In this document: piece by piece, positions 21,601 to 30,762 of the stretch
How the letters are laid out: every line of letters begins with the position of its first letter
How positions within the stretch are numbered: the stretch's first letter is position 1
Assembly (NCBI GenBank): GCA_963726745.1
Contig: CAVSDR010000004.1
Coordinates: 32,001 to 96,000, forward strand
DNA from: an uncultured Verrucomicrobiae bacterium
GTDB lineage: Bacteria; Verrucomicrobiota; Verrucomicrobiia; Chthoniobacterales; UBA10450
Length of the DNA: 64,000 bases
Direction: 5' to 3'
The notes under the pieces: generated by a model
Database searches by the model: none
Told to the model about the DNA's origin: nothing
The model's input: only the letters and a program-made list of their open reading frames with translations
Position numbers and translations under genes: made by a program

Positions 21601-24042
21601 TTAATCCGCGCGGAGCGCCAGCATGGGATCGACTTGCGCGGCGCGGCGCGCGGGGATGAGGCAGGCCACGAGCGAGACGAAGCTCATAACCAGTGCGGTT
21701 CCGAGGAGCGTAGCGACGGGCAACGCTGGCACATCGAAGAGAACACTCTGCATCGCCCTTCCCGCCATCCACGCGCCGATCAATCCGAGGATGGTTCCGG
21801 CCGCGAGCAGGCGTAGACCTAACGAGAGGAATTGCGTGCCGACCTGTTTCCTTTGCGCACCCAGGGCCATGCGAATGCCGATTTCGCGTCGGCGTTGGGC
21901 GACGGCGTAACTGAGCACGCCGTAGGTTCCAATCGCCGCGAGCAGGAGCGCGACGCCGGCGAAGATTCCCGCAAGCAGTGCGGGCGAGCGCCGCGCGATC
22001 AGGCTGTCGGCCACGCGGGTTTCCATCGACTGGATATCGTCGATCGCCAGACGCGGATCAGTCGCGCGCACCAGACGACGCAGCGTCGCGGCAAACGCTT
22101 CCGGACGCTGGCTGGTGCGCACGACGACAAAGACGTTGGCGGCGTCGCGATCGATGAAAGGGAAATACACTGCACCCTGCCCCTGCGGTTCTGTGAGCTC
22201 CGCTTGTTTTACCGTGCCGACGACGCCGACAATGGTGGATAGTTTTGCCTTGTCGGAATCGCTGCCTTGGAACACGCGTTGACCGAGCGCGTCGCCGTGG
22301 GGCCAGTAACGCCGGGCGAAGTCTTCGTCCACCACACAGACCCGCTCCCCGCGGCGCGAATCCTCTGAGTTGAGGAACCGTCCTTCGCGCAACGGAATGC
22401 CGAGGGCACTGAAGTAATCGCCGGCGACGCCGTAGGAATAATGGCCGTGCAAGGATTCACCCGGCTGCGGCACATATCCTTTTGGTGTGACGGCGGCTTT
22501 TCCATTATCTCCGCTCAGCGGCACGTTCGTAATCGTCCCGGCCGCGGTGACTCCCGGTTGCTGGCCGATGGCGTCCAGCAAGCTATCGAGCACGGCCACG
22601 CGTTGGGGTGATTCAGCCGGATAGGCTCCCCACGGGAGGGTGAACTGGCCGGTGAGCACGTGATCGGCGCGAAAGCCGGGCGACACGGCCATCGCCTTTT
22701 TCAGGCTCAACCCGAGCAACGCCGCGCCGGCGAGCAAAACAAAAGCGAGCGCGATCTGTGCGATGATGAAGCCGTGGCGAAGACGCTGCGCGGCGCGGCT
22801 AACCGTGCCCGTGCGCGATTCCGATTGGAGTGCATTCGCCAGATGACTGTGCAGGTTGAACCAGGCGATCGGCAGCGCGATTACGACTCCGAGAAGAATG
22901 GCGCCGGCCAAGCCGATCACCGCGAGCCAGCCATCGAACACAATGTGTGCCCCTAACGGCAACCGATCCGCGCCGAGAACTTCGAGCAGGCCCATTCCCC
23001 ACGCCCCCACCGCCAGACCGAGGACTCCGCCGATCACGGTGAGGAGAACGGTCTCCACCATCACTTGCTGCACGACCTGCCTCCGGCTCGCGCCCAGCGA
23101 TTGGCGGATAGTCATTTCTTTCGCGCGCCCGCTCGCGCGGATGAGCAACAGGTTCACGAGGTTGACCGCGCCGATGAGCAGGAGGAACAACACGCCAGCC
23201 TGCATCAACCAGAGGGTCGGACGAATCGAGCGCACGTGATCCGCATGAAGTGAAACCACCGGCGAACGGAAGCCGGCCTCAGCCATTGCTTTCGCGTCAG
23301 GATTATCTTTCTCGACCGCGGCATTGTGCGCATCGATTTGGGATTGCGCCTGATCGATCGTCGCACCCGGTTTCAAGCGCGCGATCATGTGCGTCCCGCC
23401 GCCGCCGGAATGGCGCTGCTTCGGACCGCGTTGAGACAACTCGGAGGTGAGCGGTAGGAAAAGTCTCACTTCCGAGGAGAGGAAGCGAAAATCAGGAGGC
23501 AAGACGCCCACAATCTTTCTGGGCACTCCGTTCACCTGGATTTCCCGACCGAGAATTTTAGGGTCGGAATCGAGACGCTGGCGCCAATAGGCGTCAGTCA
23601 AAATGGCCTGGCGCATGTCCACCATCGCCGTCACGTCTGTGTCGTTGAAGCCCCGGCCCATCACCGGGCTGACGCCGAGCGTCGCGAAAAACTCCGGCGT
23701 GATCCGCATGACCTGCACCTGCTCGGTCGAACCTGCTTCGCCGACGAGTTCACTGTTGTCACGATAGATGGACAGGCTGGAGAAGGCCGGGATGTGGCCG
23801 CGCCGCTCGTAATAATTAGTGATCGACGAGCCATCGTTCTCGACGCCGGCTTTCGGGTAGGTGTTGTAGATCGTGACCAGGCGATCGGATTGCGGGAACG
23901 GAAGCGGCCGGAGCAGGATGGAATTGATGACCGCGAAGATGGCCAGGTTCGCGCCGAGGCAGAGCGCAATCGTGGCCAACGCGGTGAGGGTAAAAATGGG
24001 CGACTTGCGCAATTGGCGGAGGGCGAAGCGCAGGTCGTTCAT
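21601..24042 (-). CDS. ADOP-type ABC permease (copy 2, divergent subfamily)
   Basis: Family motifs with variants (ALCLGANLAIFA, LLIGAVNLVNLL). Confidence 0.92.
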   Translation of the reverse strand: MNDLRFALRQLRKSPIFTLTALATIALCLGANLAIFAVINSILLRPLPFPQSDRLVTIYNTYPKAGVENDGSSITNYYERRGHIPAFSSLSIYRDNSELVGEAGSTEQVQVMRITPEFFATLGVSPVMGRGFNDTDVTAMVDMRQAILTDAYWRQRLDSDPKILGREIQVNGVPRKIVGVLPPDFRFLSSEVRLFLPLTSELSQRGPKQRHSGGGGTHMIARLKPGATIDQAQSQIDAHNAAVEKDNPDAKAMAEAGFRSPVVSLHADHVRSIRPTLWLMQAGVLFLLLIGAVNLVNLLLIRASGRAKEMTIRQSLGASRRQVVQQVMVETVLLTVIGGVLGLAVGAWGMGLLEVLGADRLPLGAHIVFDGWLAVIGLAGAILLGVVIALPIAWFNLHSHLANALQSESRTGTVSRAAQRLRHGFIIAQIALAFVLLAGAALLGLSLKKAMAVSPGFRADHVLTGQFTLPWGAYPAESPQRVAVLDSLLDAIGQQPGVTAAGTITNVPLSGDNGKAAVTPKGYVPQPGESLHGHYSYGVAGDYFSALGIPLREGRFLNSEDSRRGERVCVVDEDFARRYWPHGDALGQRVFQGSDSDKAKLSTIVGVVGTVKQAELTEPQGQGAVYFPFIDRDAANVFVVVRTSQRPEAFAATLRRLVRATDPRLAIDDIQSMETRVADSLIARRSPALLAGIFAGVALLLAAIGTYGVLSYAVAQRRREIGIRMALGAQRKQVGTQFLSLGLRLLAAGTILGLIGAWMAGRAMQSVLFDVPALPVATLLGTALVMSFVSLVACLIPARRAAQVDPMLALRAD

Positions 24043-24044
24043 GA

Positions 24045-26504
24045 TTACTCCATGCGCAGAGCGATGATGGGATCGACCCGGGCGGCGCGGCGCGCAGGCA
24101 ACCAGGAGGCAATGAGGGCCACCAGCGAAACCAAGAGAACGATTCCGATGAAGGTGAAGGGATCGAAGGCGCCGACGCCAAAGAGCAGGCTGCTGAGCAG
24201 GCGAGTCGCGGCGAAAGCGCAGGCTAAACCGATCGCAAGGCTGATGGCCACGAGCGTCATAGCCTGTCCGACGATGAGGCGGAAGATGGAGCCCTGCTCG
24301 GCCCCAAGAGCCATGCGGATGCCGATTTCGTTCGTCCGCTGCGCGACCGAATAAGCGAGCACGCCGTAGATGCCAATGGCGGTCAGGAGTAGGGCGACGC
24401 CGGCAAAAATCGAGAGCAGCAGCGCATTGAAGCGGGGCCGCGCGAGGGTGCGGGCGAGGTATTCATTGAAGACACGCACCCGCGTGAGCGGAATGTTGTG
24501 ATCGAGCGCGGCGACTTCCGCGCGCACCGCAGCGAGGAGCGTGGCGGGATCGGAAACGCTGGTGCGCAGAACGAGCGTGGGCGAGCCGACCGGGATCTGC
24601 GTTTGCGGCAGATACATTTCCGGGGTGTCGGCGCGGTTCAAAGACTGGTGCTTCACGTTCCCGACCACGCCGACGATTTCGCGCATGGCGGGCTGGTCGT
24701 TGCCCGAGCTAAAGCCGGGCCGGATGCGCTTCCCAATCACGTCCTGGCCGGGGAAGAATTTCTGCGCGAAGCGCTCGTTTACGATCGCCACCGGCGCGGA
24801 ATCGAGCCGATCGCGCTCATTGAAGACGCGGCCCTGTCGCAAGGGAATCCCCATGGTGGCGAAGTAGTCGCTTCCGGCCAGTCGCGCCGGCGCATCCGCC
24901 TGCTGGCCCTCGGGCAAGGGGCGCTCCTCGATATCGAAGGAGGTGACCATGTTGCTGCCACTGAGCGGCAGCGGCAGGATCGTGCTGGCCGCCTCGACGC
25001 CGGGGAGCGCGCGCAGGCGCGGCATGAGCTGGTCGAAGAATGCATTCACGTTTTCGTTCTTGGGATAGGCGATCTCTGGCAATCCGATGCGTGCCGTCAG
25101 GAGATGGCCGGGGCGCATTCCGGGGTCGACCCGGCCCAGACGCGCAAAGCTTTGAATGAGCAGGCCGGCGCAAATCAAGAGCACGAGAGCAAGGGCCACC
25201 TCGGCCATCACGAGCGCGTTGCGCAGCCGGCCTTTTCGTTCGCCGCCGCCGCCCGCGCGCGAGCCGGATTTCAGCGAGGTGTTCAGGTCGACGCGCGAAG
25301 CCTGCCAGGCAGGCACGAGGCCGAAGAGCACCCCGGTTATCAGCGAAACGAGAAGGGTAAAGCCGAGGACCGCGCCATCCAGCCGGATATTGCCGACGCG
25401 CGGGATATTCTGCGGGATGGCGGCCACGAGGGCCTCGGTGCCCCACAGCGCAAGCAGTAATCCCAGCACGCCGCCAAGGCCTGCGAGCAGGATGCTTTCC
25501 GTGAGCAGCTGCCGCACGAGCCGGCTGCGGCTTGCTCCCAAGGCGGCACGCAGGGCGATCTCTTTCCCACGCACAGAAGCGCGCGCCAGGAGGAGGTTAG
25601 CGACGTTGGCATTGGCAATGAGAAGAACACAAAGGACGGCACCAAAAAGGACGTAGAGCGCCGTCCGCACATCTCCGACGAGGTCGTCGCGTAGCGGCTT
25701 CATCTTGACTCCGAAATACGAATTGGTATCCGGGTATTGCCGCTCGAGCGCGGCGGCGATCGCGTCCAGGTCGGCTTGCGCCTGTGCCATCGTCACGCCC
25801 GGTTGCAAACGCGCGACGCCGTTCGCGCTGTGGTTTCCGCGCTGTTCCGTATTCGGCTTCGAGCCCTCAGACGTCATCGCTTCCTCGGCGATGGTCACAT
25901 AAACGTCGATCGACTCGCTTTGGATGGGAAATTGAAAGCCGGCCGGCAGGACGCCGATGACCGTGAAGTTGCGCCGGTCCATCTGCAGGATCTGCCCAAG
26001 GATCTCGGGATTGCCGGCAAATTGCTGTTTCCAAAAGGCGTGGCTGAGGATCACTTTCAGCCCTCCCGGGCCGCCCCCAGCCTGCTCATCGACGCGGTGA
26101 AAAGCGCGCCCAAGGATGGGCTTGATCCCGAGAACGTCGAAGAACTCGCCGCTCACGACTTCGCCCCGAACACTTTTCGCTTCCTGATTCGTCGCCAGCG
26201 CCAATCCGCGGTCCCGGTAAAGCGCGATTCCGGCGAGCGCGCGGTTCTGCTCGCGAAAATCGAAAAAATCCGGGTAGGAAAACGAAGAAAGATCCACCGC
26301 GGACTTCTGCCGTGTGTCCGTCATGCCCACTGCGACGAGCGCCTCGGGTTGCGGAAAAGGCAGCGGCTTCAGGAGAACCGCGTCGACCACACTGAAGATG
26401 GCGGTGTTGGCGCCAATGCCGAGGGCAAGCGTTAGGATGGCGACGAAGGTGAAGCCAGGATTCTTGAGCAACTGCCGAATGCCATAGCGGATGTCGGTAA
26501 GCAT
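24045..26504 (-). CDS. ADOP-type ABC permease (copy 1, first gene of operon)
   Basis: Full family motifs. Confidence 0.93.
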   Translation of the reverse strand: MLTDIRYGIRQLLKNPGFTFVAILTLALGIGANTAIFSVVDAVLLKPLPFPQPEALVAVGMTDTRQKSAVDLSSFSYPDFFDFREQNRALAGIALYRDRGLALATNQEAKSVRGEVVSGEFFDVLGIKPILGRAFHRVDEQAGGGPGGLKVILSHAFWKQQFAGNPEILGQILQMDRRNFTVIGVLPAGFQFPIQSESIDVYVTIAEEAMTSEGSKPNTEQRGNHSANGVARLQPGVTMAQAQADLDAIAAALERQYPDTNSYFGVKMKPLRDDLVGDVRTALYVLFGAVLCVLLIANANVANLLLARASVRGKEIALRAALGASRSRLVRQLLTESILLAGLGGVLGLLLALWGTEALVAAIPQNIPRVGNIRLDGAVLGFTLLVSLITGVLFGLVPAWQASRVDLNTSLKSGSRAGGGGERKGRLRNALVMAEVALALVLLICAGLLIQSFARLGRVDPGMRPGHLLTARIGLPEIAYPKNENVNAFFDQLMPRLRALPGVEAASTILPLPLSGSNMVTSFDIEERPLPEGQQADAPARLAGSDYFATMGIPLRQGRVFNERDRLDSAPVAIVNERFAQKFFPGQDVIGKRIRPGFSSGNDQPAMREIVGVVGNVKHQSLNRADTPEMYLPQTQIPVGSPTLVLRTSVSDPATLLAAVRAEVAALDHNIPLTRVRVFNEYLARTLARPRFNALLLSIFAGVALLLTAIGIYGVLAYSVAQRTNEIGIRMALGAEQGSIFRLIVGQAMTLVAISLAIGLACAFAATRLLSSLLFGVGAFDPFTFIGIVLLVSLVALIASWLPARRAARVDPIIALRME

Positions 26505-26584
26505 GAGGGTCTAGTCAGGAGGTTCAACAGGGCACAATCAGAGTCTTCTCATGGCAGCTGACTTTGCCGTTAAGGCCAAGGCTT

Positions 26585-26600
26585 TGCAGGCCTCGTGCCA
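26585..26600 (-). promoter_or_regulatory. Sigma54 (-24/-12) promoter of the ADOP operon
   Basis: TGGCACGAGGCCTGCA (GG-N10-GC) about 80 nt upstream of ATG 26504; AT-rich tract and palindrome TCCCGCCATCGGGA further upstream. Confidence 0.7.
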
Positions 26601-26794
26601 TCGTCAAAACCGAGTTCTAAATAACTTGCAGAGAGCCATTTAAGTATATCGTCGAAATCCCAGCTCGTCGCTTCGTTTCCCGCCATCGGGATTCAGTCGT
26701 CCCGTATCCGAATTTCTGATTCCCGATCAAGTCCTCCAACTCCAACCCCGTCCAAGCACTCTTGCCGCAGTTCCTATCGGGGCCGCACCGGTAC

Positions 26795-26830
26795 AAAAAA
26801 AACCGGGCGGGGAATTGCTTCCCCGCCCGG
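26795..26830 (-). terminator. Rho-independent terminator of the PEP-CTERM gene
   Basis: 12-bp stem CCGGGCGGGGAA/TTCCCCGCCCGG followed by T8 on the minus strand. Confidence 0.92.
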
Positions 26831-26856
26831 CAGATTCGATTTCGTGAAGTGTTGGC

Positions 26857-27435
26857 TTAGGCCTTGGCGAGCTTGCGGCGGAGACCTTCGACCGCAATCA
26901 AGCCGACGCCAAGGAGCACAAGGGCGGTGCCGCCTTCAGGAGTCGCAGCGGTGCTCGCCGCGAAGCTAAAGGTCGCGCTTCCGCCGCCACCACCCGTAGG
27001 GATGGTGAAGCTCCAGGTTCCGGGCGTATCGGTGAAGCCGGCCTTCTTGATGACGCCGATACCAGTGACGTTAAGAAACGTGCTGTTCTGCATCACCACC
27101 GAAGAGGAGATCAGGTTGAAGGTGAAGCCGCCCACCGCGGTCGTCCAGAACGGGGTAATAGGCACCACCGTGTTGAAGTTCCAAGGAGCGGTAAACGTCA
27201 CTGCACTGCCTTGAGTGGCCGCGGTGAAGTCGCCCGTATTACCGAAACCAACCACCGGGCTAAGCCAGGCGGTCACTTTGGTCGCGGTTGCGAGGTTGCT
27301 GTTATCCAAGGTCACGCCGCCGCTGAAATTAATTTCACCGGTGATCGGGACAGCCTGCACGCTGGTTTGGAAGGCGGTGCAGGCGAGAAGAGCGACCGCG
27401 AGAGCGGCCATCAGAGTTTTAGTGGGATTTTTCAT
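26857..27435 (-). CDS. PEP-CTERM / VPDSG-CTERM-like exosortase substrate, Thr/Ser/Gly-rich surface protein
   Basis: Signal peptide MKNPTKTLMAALAVALLA; C-terminus TPEGGTALVLLGVGLIAVEGLRRKLAKA (motif + TM + basic tail). Confidence 0.88.
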   Translation of the reverse strand: MKNPTKTLMAALAVALLACTAFQTSVQAVPITGEINFSGGVTLDNSNLATATKVTAWLSPVVGFGNTGDFTAATQGSAVTFTAPWNFNTVVPITPFWTTAVGGFTFNLISSSVVMQNSTFLNVTGIGVIKKAGFTDTPGTWSFTIPTGGGGGSATFSFAASTAATPEGGTALVLLGVGLIAVEGLRRKLAKA

Positions 27436-27508
27436 AGCTTGTTTGGTTGTATGTTCACGAACCGAACCTTGTTTCTGCGGGGACTCGGTTACAGTCATGT
27501 TCCCAAAT

Positions 27509-27524
27509 AGCAGAGGGGATGCCA
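27509..27524 (-). promoter_or_regulatory. Sigma54 promoter of the PEP-CTERM gene
   Basis: TGGCATCCCCTCTGCT (GG-N10-GC); candidate enhancer CGTAAAACTTTCCGACG at 27613-27629, about 90 bp upstream. Confidence 0.7.
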
Positions 27525-27676
27525 ACGTGGCGGAGTGAAACATTAAGTCTCTCATTAGCAGCAGTTTAACCGTTTAAAATTCTTTTCGCTCTTACGGCAA
27601 CCAGAGAGCATTCGTAAAACTTTCCGACGTTCTCGTCCTATCAGCCTTGTGGCGCCGTTGCGAGCCGCGCTTCCAT

Positions 27677-28783
27677 TTATCTCCGGGAGAGCCGCACAAA
27701 TAGCCAAAGCCCGAGTCCCACAAACAGCACATTGGGGATCCAGACCAAAAGTTCCGGATGCATCGCCGGCTTCGCCCGAAGCGTGTCGGCCGCGATCACG
27801 AACAAAAAGTAGGCAAACGCAACGACCAGGCTGATCAGGAAACCCATAGAGGTCTCCCGCCGATGGGCCGTGATCCCAAGCGGCACGGCCATCAGCGCGA
27901 AGGCCACACAGGAAAATGGGAAGGAGAATCGCTTGCTGATTTCGGTGCGACTGGCACTGGCTGCGCCTTGATCGCCGCTCCGGAGTTGCTCGATTAATTG
28001 CTCGAGCGACAAAGTCGACCGGCTGGTTCGGCGTTTCTCTTTCAAATATAGCTCCTCGAGGCTGATCGGCAGCGTGCCTTCCTCCATATTGATCCCGTCC
28101 TTGATCTTCCGCAGGTCAAACGGGTCGCGCTCGTCGCGCTGCTGGTAACGCGCGTCGTAGAGGTGCATCAAGAGGCGCTGATTCGGCAAGTCCGCCTCCA
28201 GGGTGCCAGTGCGGGCGTGCGTAACCCGGATGGGCATGGCGTCGACGTTCATCTCGAAGACGATGATGTTCTCGAGCTTGTTCCCCTCCTTTTTCCCAAC
28301 GTAAATTTTCCGGCCCGGGAACTGGTCGATCACCTGGTCGCTCCCGAAAAGAGCCATCGGGTTGCGCGTCGCCAGGTTGAAGATCGTGCTGCGTAATTTT
28401 AGCTGCGCCGCGGGGGCCACGACCACGTTCAACCAGAGCGAAATACCGGTGCAGACGGCCGCGATCACACCCAGAGAAACGCACAGCCGCGGAATGCTCA
28501 CCCCGGTCGCCCGGAGCGCGACCAACTCGTTCTCGGCCGAGAGTCGTCCGAAGACCAGCAGGATCGCGGTCAGCAGTCCCCACGGAATCGTAAAGATGAG
28601 CGAAAACGGCAGCACATACGCGATGAACGTCACCAAATACTCCATCGGCACGTCGTGGTTCACCAGCAGCGGCAACAACCGCCGGAAGATGTTTCCCACC
28701 ACGAGCACCAGGCTGAGCACCGCGACGGCGAAGAGCAGGTTCACAATGAGCTCCCGGCTCATGTATCGATCGATCAGCTTCAC
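27677..28783 (-). CDS. lptF: LptF/LptG family LPS export permease
   Basis: IDRYM.RE, TIPWGLL.A.LL.FGRLSAENELVALRATGVS, R..FPF..AL.AVPLG, WIPN. Confidence 0.85.
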   Translation of the reverse strand: MKLIDRYMSRELIVNLLFAVAVLSLVLVVGNIFRRLLPLLVNHDVPMEYLVTFIAYVLPFSLIFTIPWGLLTAILLVFGRLSAENELVALRATGVSIPRLCVSLGVIAAVCTGISLWLNVVVAPAAQLKLRSTIFNLATRNPMALFGSDQVIDQFPGRKIYVGKKEGNKLENIIVFEMNVDAMPIRVTHARTGTLEADLPNQRLLMHLYDARYQQRDERDPFDLRKIKDGINMEEGTLPISLEELYLKEKRRTSRSTLSLEQLIEQLRSGDQGAASASRTEISKRFSFPFSCVAFALMAVPLGITAHRRETSMGFLISLVVAFAYFLFVIAADTLRAKPAMHPELLVWIPNVLFVGLGLWLFVRLSRR

Positions 28784-28837
28784 GCGCCGTCACCTCTCCA
28801 CGCGAAGTCTAGCGGCGACAAATGCAAAACGTGCATA

Positions 28838-29389
28838 CTAATGCCGGCGGCCTTTCGCAGGGGCCGGCGTGGGCGAAGAGGGAGCCGTGGGGGAAGGCGT
28901 CGCTGCCGGCGTAGGCGTGGGCGGCGGCTGCCAGGTCCAGTTGATCGCGTCGATCAGCCAAAGCACGCCCGGATGCGAGATCTGCAATTCGAGAAAGCCC
29001 GGCCCGGTGGGCGTGGCTACCTCCGCGACGAAGCGCCCGGTCGGCTCGCTGAACTGGCTGACGAAATTAACCTGCCCTTTCACCCGGAAGTCCGGCCGCG
29101 CCGGGCCCGGCTCGCGGATGCTCTCCAGCAAGCGCATTCGCCAGGACGGCGGGTAGAGCACCTGGGCCCGCGGCGAAAGGTGAAAGCCGAGAAAGTGCGC
29201 ATCCTGCTGGAGCACGATTCGACGCGTGGCCTCCTCGGCAAAGGCGCGGCCTTCCTGCTCGCGTTGCGCCCGATGCTTTTTTAAATACCACCAGCCGCCA
29301 CCGAGCACGGCCAGCACCACTAGGAGGAGGATGATCACCGAGCCGCCTTCGCCGCGAAAACCGCTCGCCGCCTGCCGAGGTCGACGCAT
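28838..29389 (-). CDS. Single-pass membrane hypothetical protein with Pro/Thr-rich tail
   Basis: Basic leader, one TM (VIILLLVVLAVLGGGWWYL), PTPTPAATPSPT tail; start uncertain. Confidence 0.65.
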   Translation of the reverse strand: MRRPRQAASGFRGEGGSVIILLLVVLAVLGGGWWYLKKHRAQREQEGRAFAEEATRRIVLQQDAHFLGFHLSPRAQVLYPPSWRMRLLESIREPGPARPDFRVKGQVNFVSQFSEPTGRFVAEVATPTGPGFLELQISHPGVLWLIDAINWTWQPPPTPTPAATPSPTAPSSPTPAPAKGRRH

Positions 29390-29471
29390 GCGGGAACGAG
29401 CACACCAGCTTCGCCGCTCGTTAGCCAGCCGCATTTTGCTTCGGGCGCTTCTTTGCTACCTTCCTCGCGGA

Positions 29472-30758
29472 ATGTCGGAAACGCTTTACGATGTCGCGAT
29501 CATTGGCGGCGGCCCTGCCGGGAGCACCGCCGCGGCTTTGCTTGCGCAATACGGTCGCCGCGTCGTGGTGCTCGAGCGCGAGCGATTCCCCCGCTTCCAC
29601 ATCGGCGAATCGCTCCTGCCCTTCAGCATGAAGGCGTTCACCCGTCTGGGCCTGCACGAGAAATTCCGGCGTGCTGGTTTCATCGAGAAATTTGGCGGCG
29701 AGATCCTCGGTGCCTGCAGCCAGGAAGGCGAAGGAGTAAAGTTCTACTTCGAGGATGGTTTTCGCGCCCAAACGGATCGTTCTTATCAAGTCACGCGCGC
29801 CGAGTTCGATAAAGTACTGCTGGATCACGCCGCCGAACTCGGTGCGGAAGTGCGCGAGGAAAGCACGGTCGCGGCGATCGATTTCGGCGCCGAGGAAGTG
29901 CGGTTGACCGTGAACCAAACTGAGACCGTCCGCGCGCGTTACCTGATCGACGCCAGCGGTCGAAATTCCCTCGTCGGCGCGAAGTTCAAGCTCAAGAAAA
30001 GCTACCCGCAGCTGCAGAAAATCTCCCTCTTCGCGCACTACGAAGGCGTGGTCCGCGATGCCGGCCGCGATGGCACCCTCACCCGCATGGTCCGCGCGAG
30101 CGATCGCTGGTTTTGGATGATCCCGCTCAAGGACGGCCGCACCAGCATCGGCGTCGTTTTGGATGCAGCCGTCTATAAGCGCAGTGGCCAAAGCCCGGAG
30201 GCATTCCTCACCGAGGCGGTGGCGGCGCAGCCCCTCCTGGCCGATCGCATGGAGGCGGCGCATCGCGTCGGGCCGGTGAGCACCGCGGCCGATTTTTCGT
30301 ATCGCAACGACCGCCTCACTGGCGACCGCTGGATGCTTGCGGGCGATGCCGCGGGCTTCATCGATCCGGTCTTCAGCAGCGGCGTTTTCCTGGCTATTCT
30401 CGGCGGCGAACAGGCGGCCGATGCGCTCCACATCGTGCTGTCTAAACCGGCGCGCCGCCGCCGGCTTTTCGCGCGCTACGCGCGCACCCTGCACCGCGCG
30501 ATGGATGTTTACCTGCGCTTCGTCGAAGCGTGGTATTCGAAGGAATTCATCGAGGTTTTCCTCAACCCGCAGGACGTCCTGCAAATCCCCCCCGCCGTCA
30601 ACGCCGTCCTCGGCGGCAACGCCGGCACCAGTTGGCCGATCCGCTGGCGCATGGAAATCTTCTATCTGCTTGTGCGCCTTCAGAAATACTTCCCGCTCTC
30701 GCCCCGCCGCACCCTCGTGCCCGCCGCGCGCCGCGAGCGCGCACTCGCCGCCGCCTGA
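29472..30758 (+). CDS. Flavin-dependent halogenase-like NAD(P)/FAD oxidoreductase
   Basis: GGGPAG, FPRFHIGESLLP, GFIEKFGG, WFWMIP, GDAAGFIDPVFSSGV. Confidence 0.85.
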   Translation: MSETLYDVAIIGGGPAGSTAAALLAQYGRRVVVLERERFPRFHIGESLLPFSMKAFTRLGLHEKFRRAGFIEKFGGEILGACSQEGEGVKFYFEDGFRAQTDRSYQVTRAEFDKVLLDHAAELGAEVREESTVAAIDFGAEEVRLTVNQTETVRARYLIDASGRNSLVGAKFKLKKSYPQLQKISLFAHYEGVVRDAGRDGTLTRMVRASDRWFWMIPLKDGRTSIGVVLDAAVYKRSGQSPEAFLTEAVAAQPLLADRMEAAHRVGPVSTAADFSYRNDRLTGDRWMLAGDAAGFIDPVFSSGVFLAILGGEQAADALHIVLSKPARRRRLFARYARTLHRAMDVYLRFVEAWYSKEFIEVFLNPQDVLQIPPAVNAVLGGNAGTSWPIRWRMEIFYLLVRLQKYFPLSPRRTLVPAARRERALAAA

Positions 30759-30762
30759 TCCT

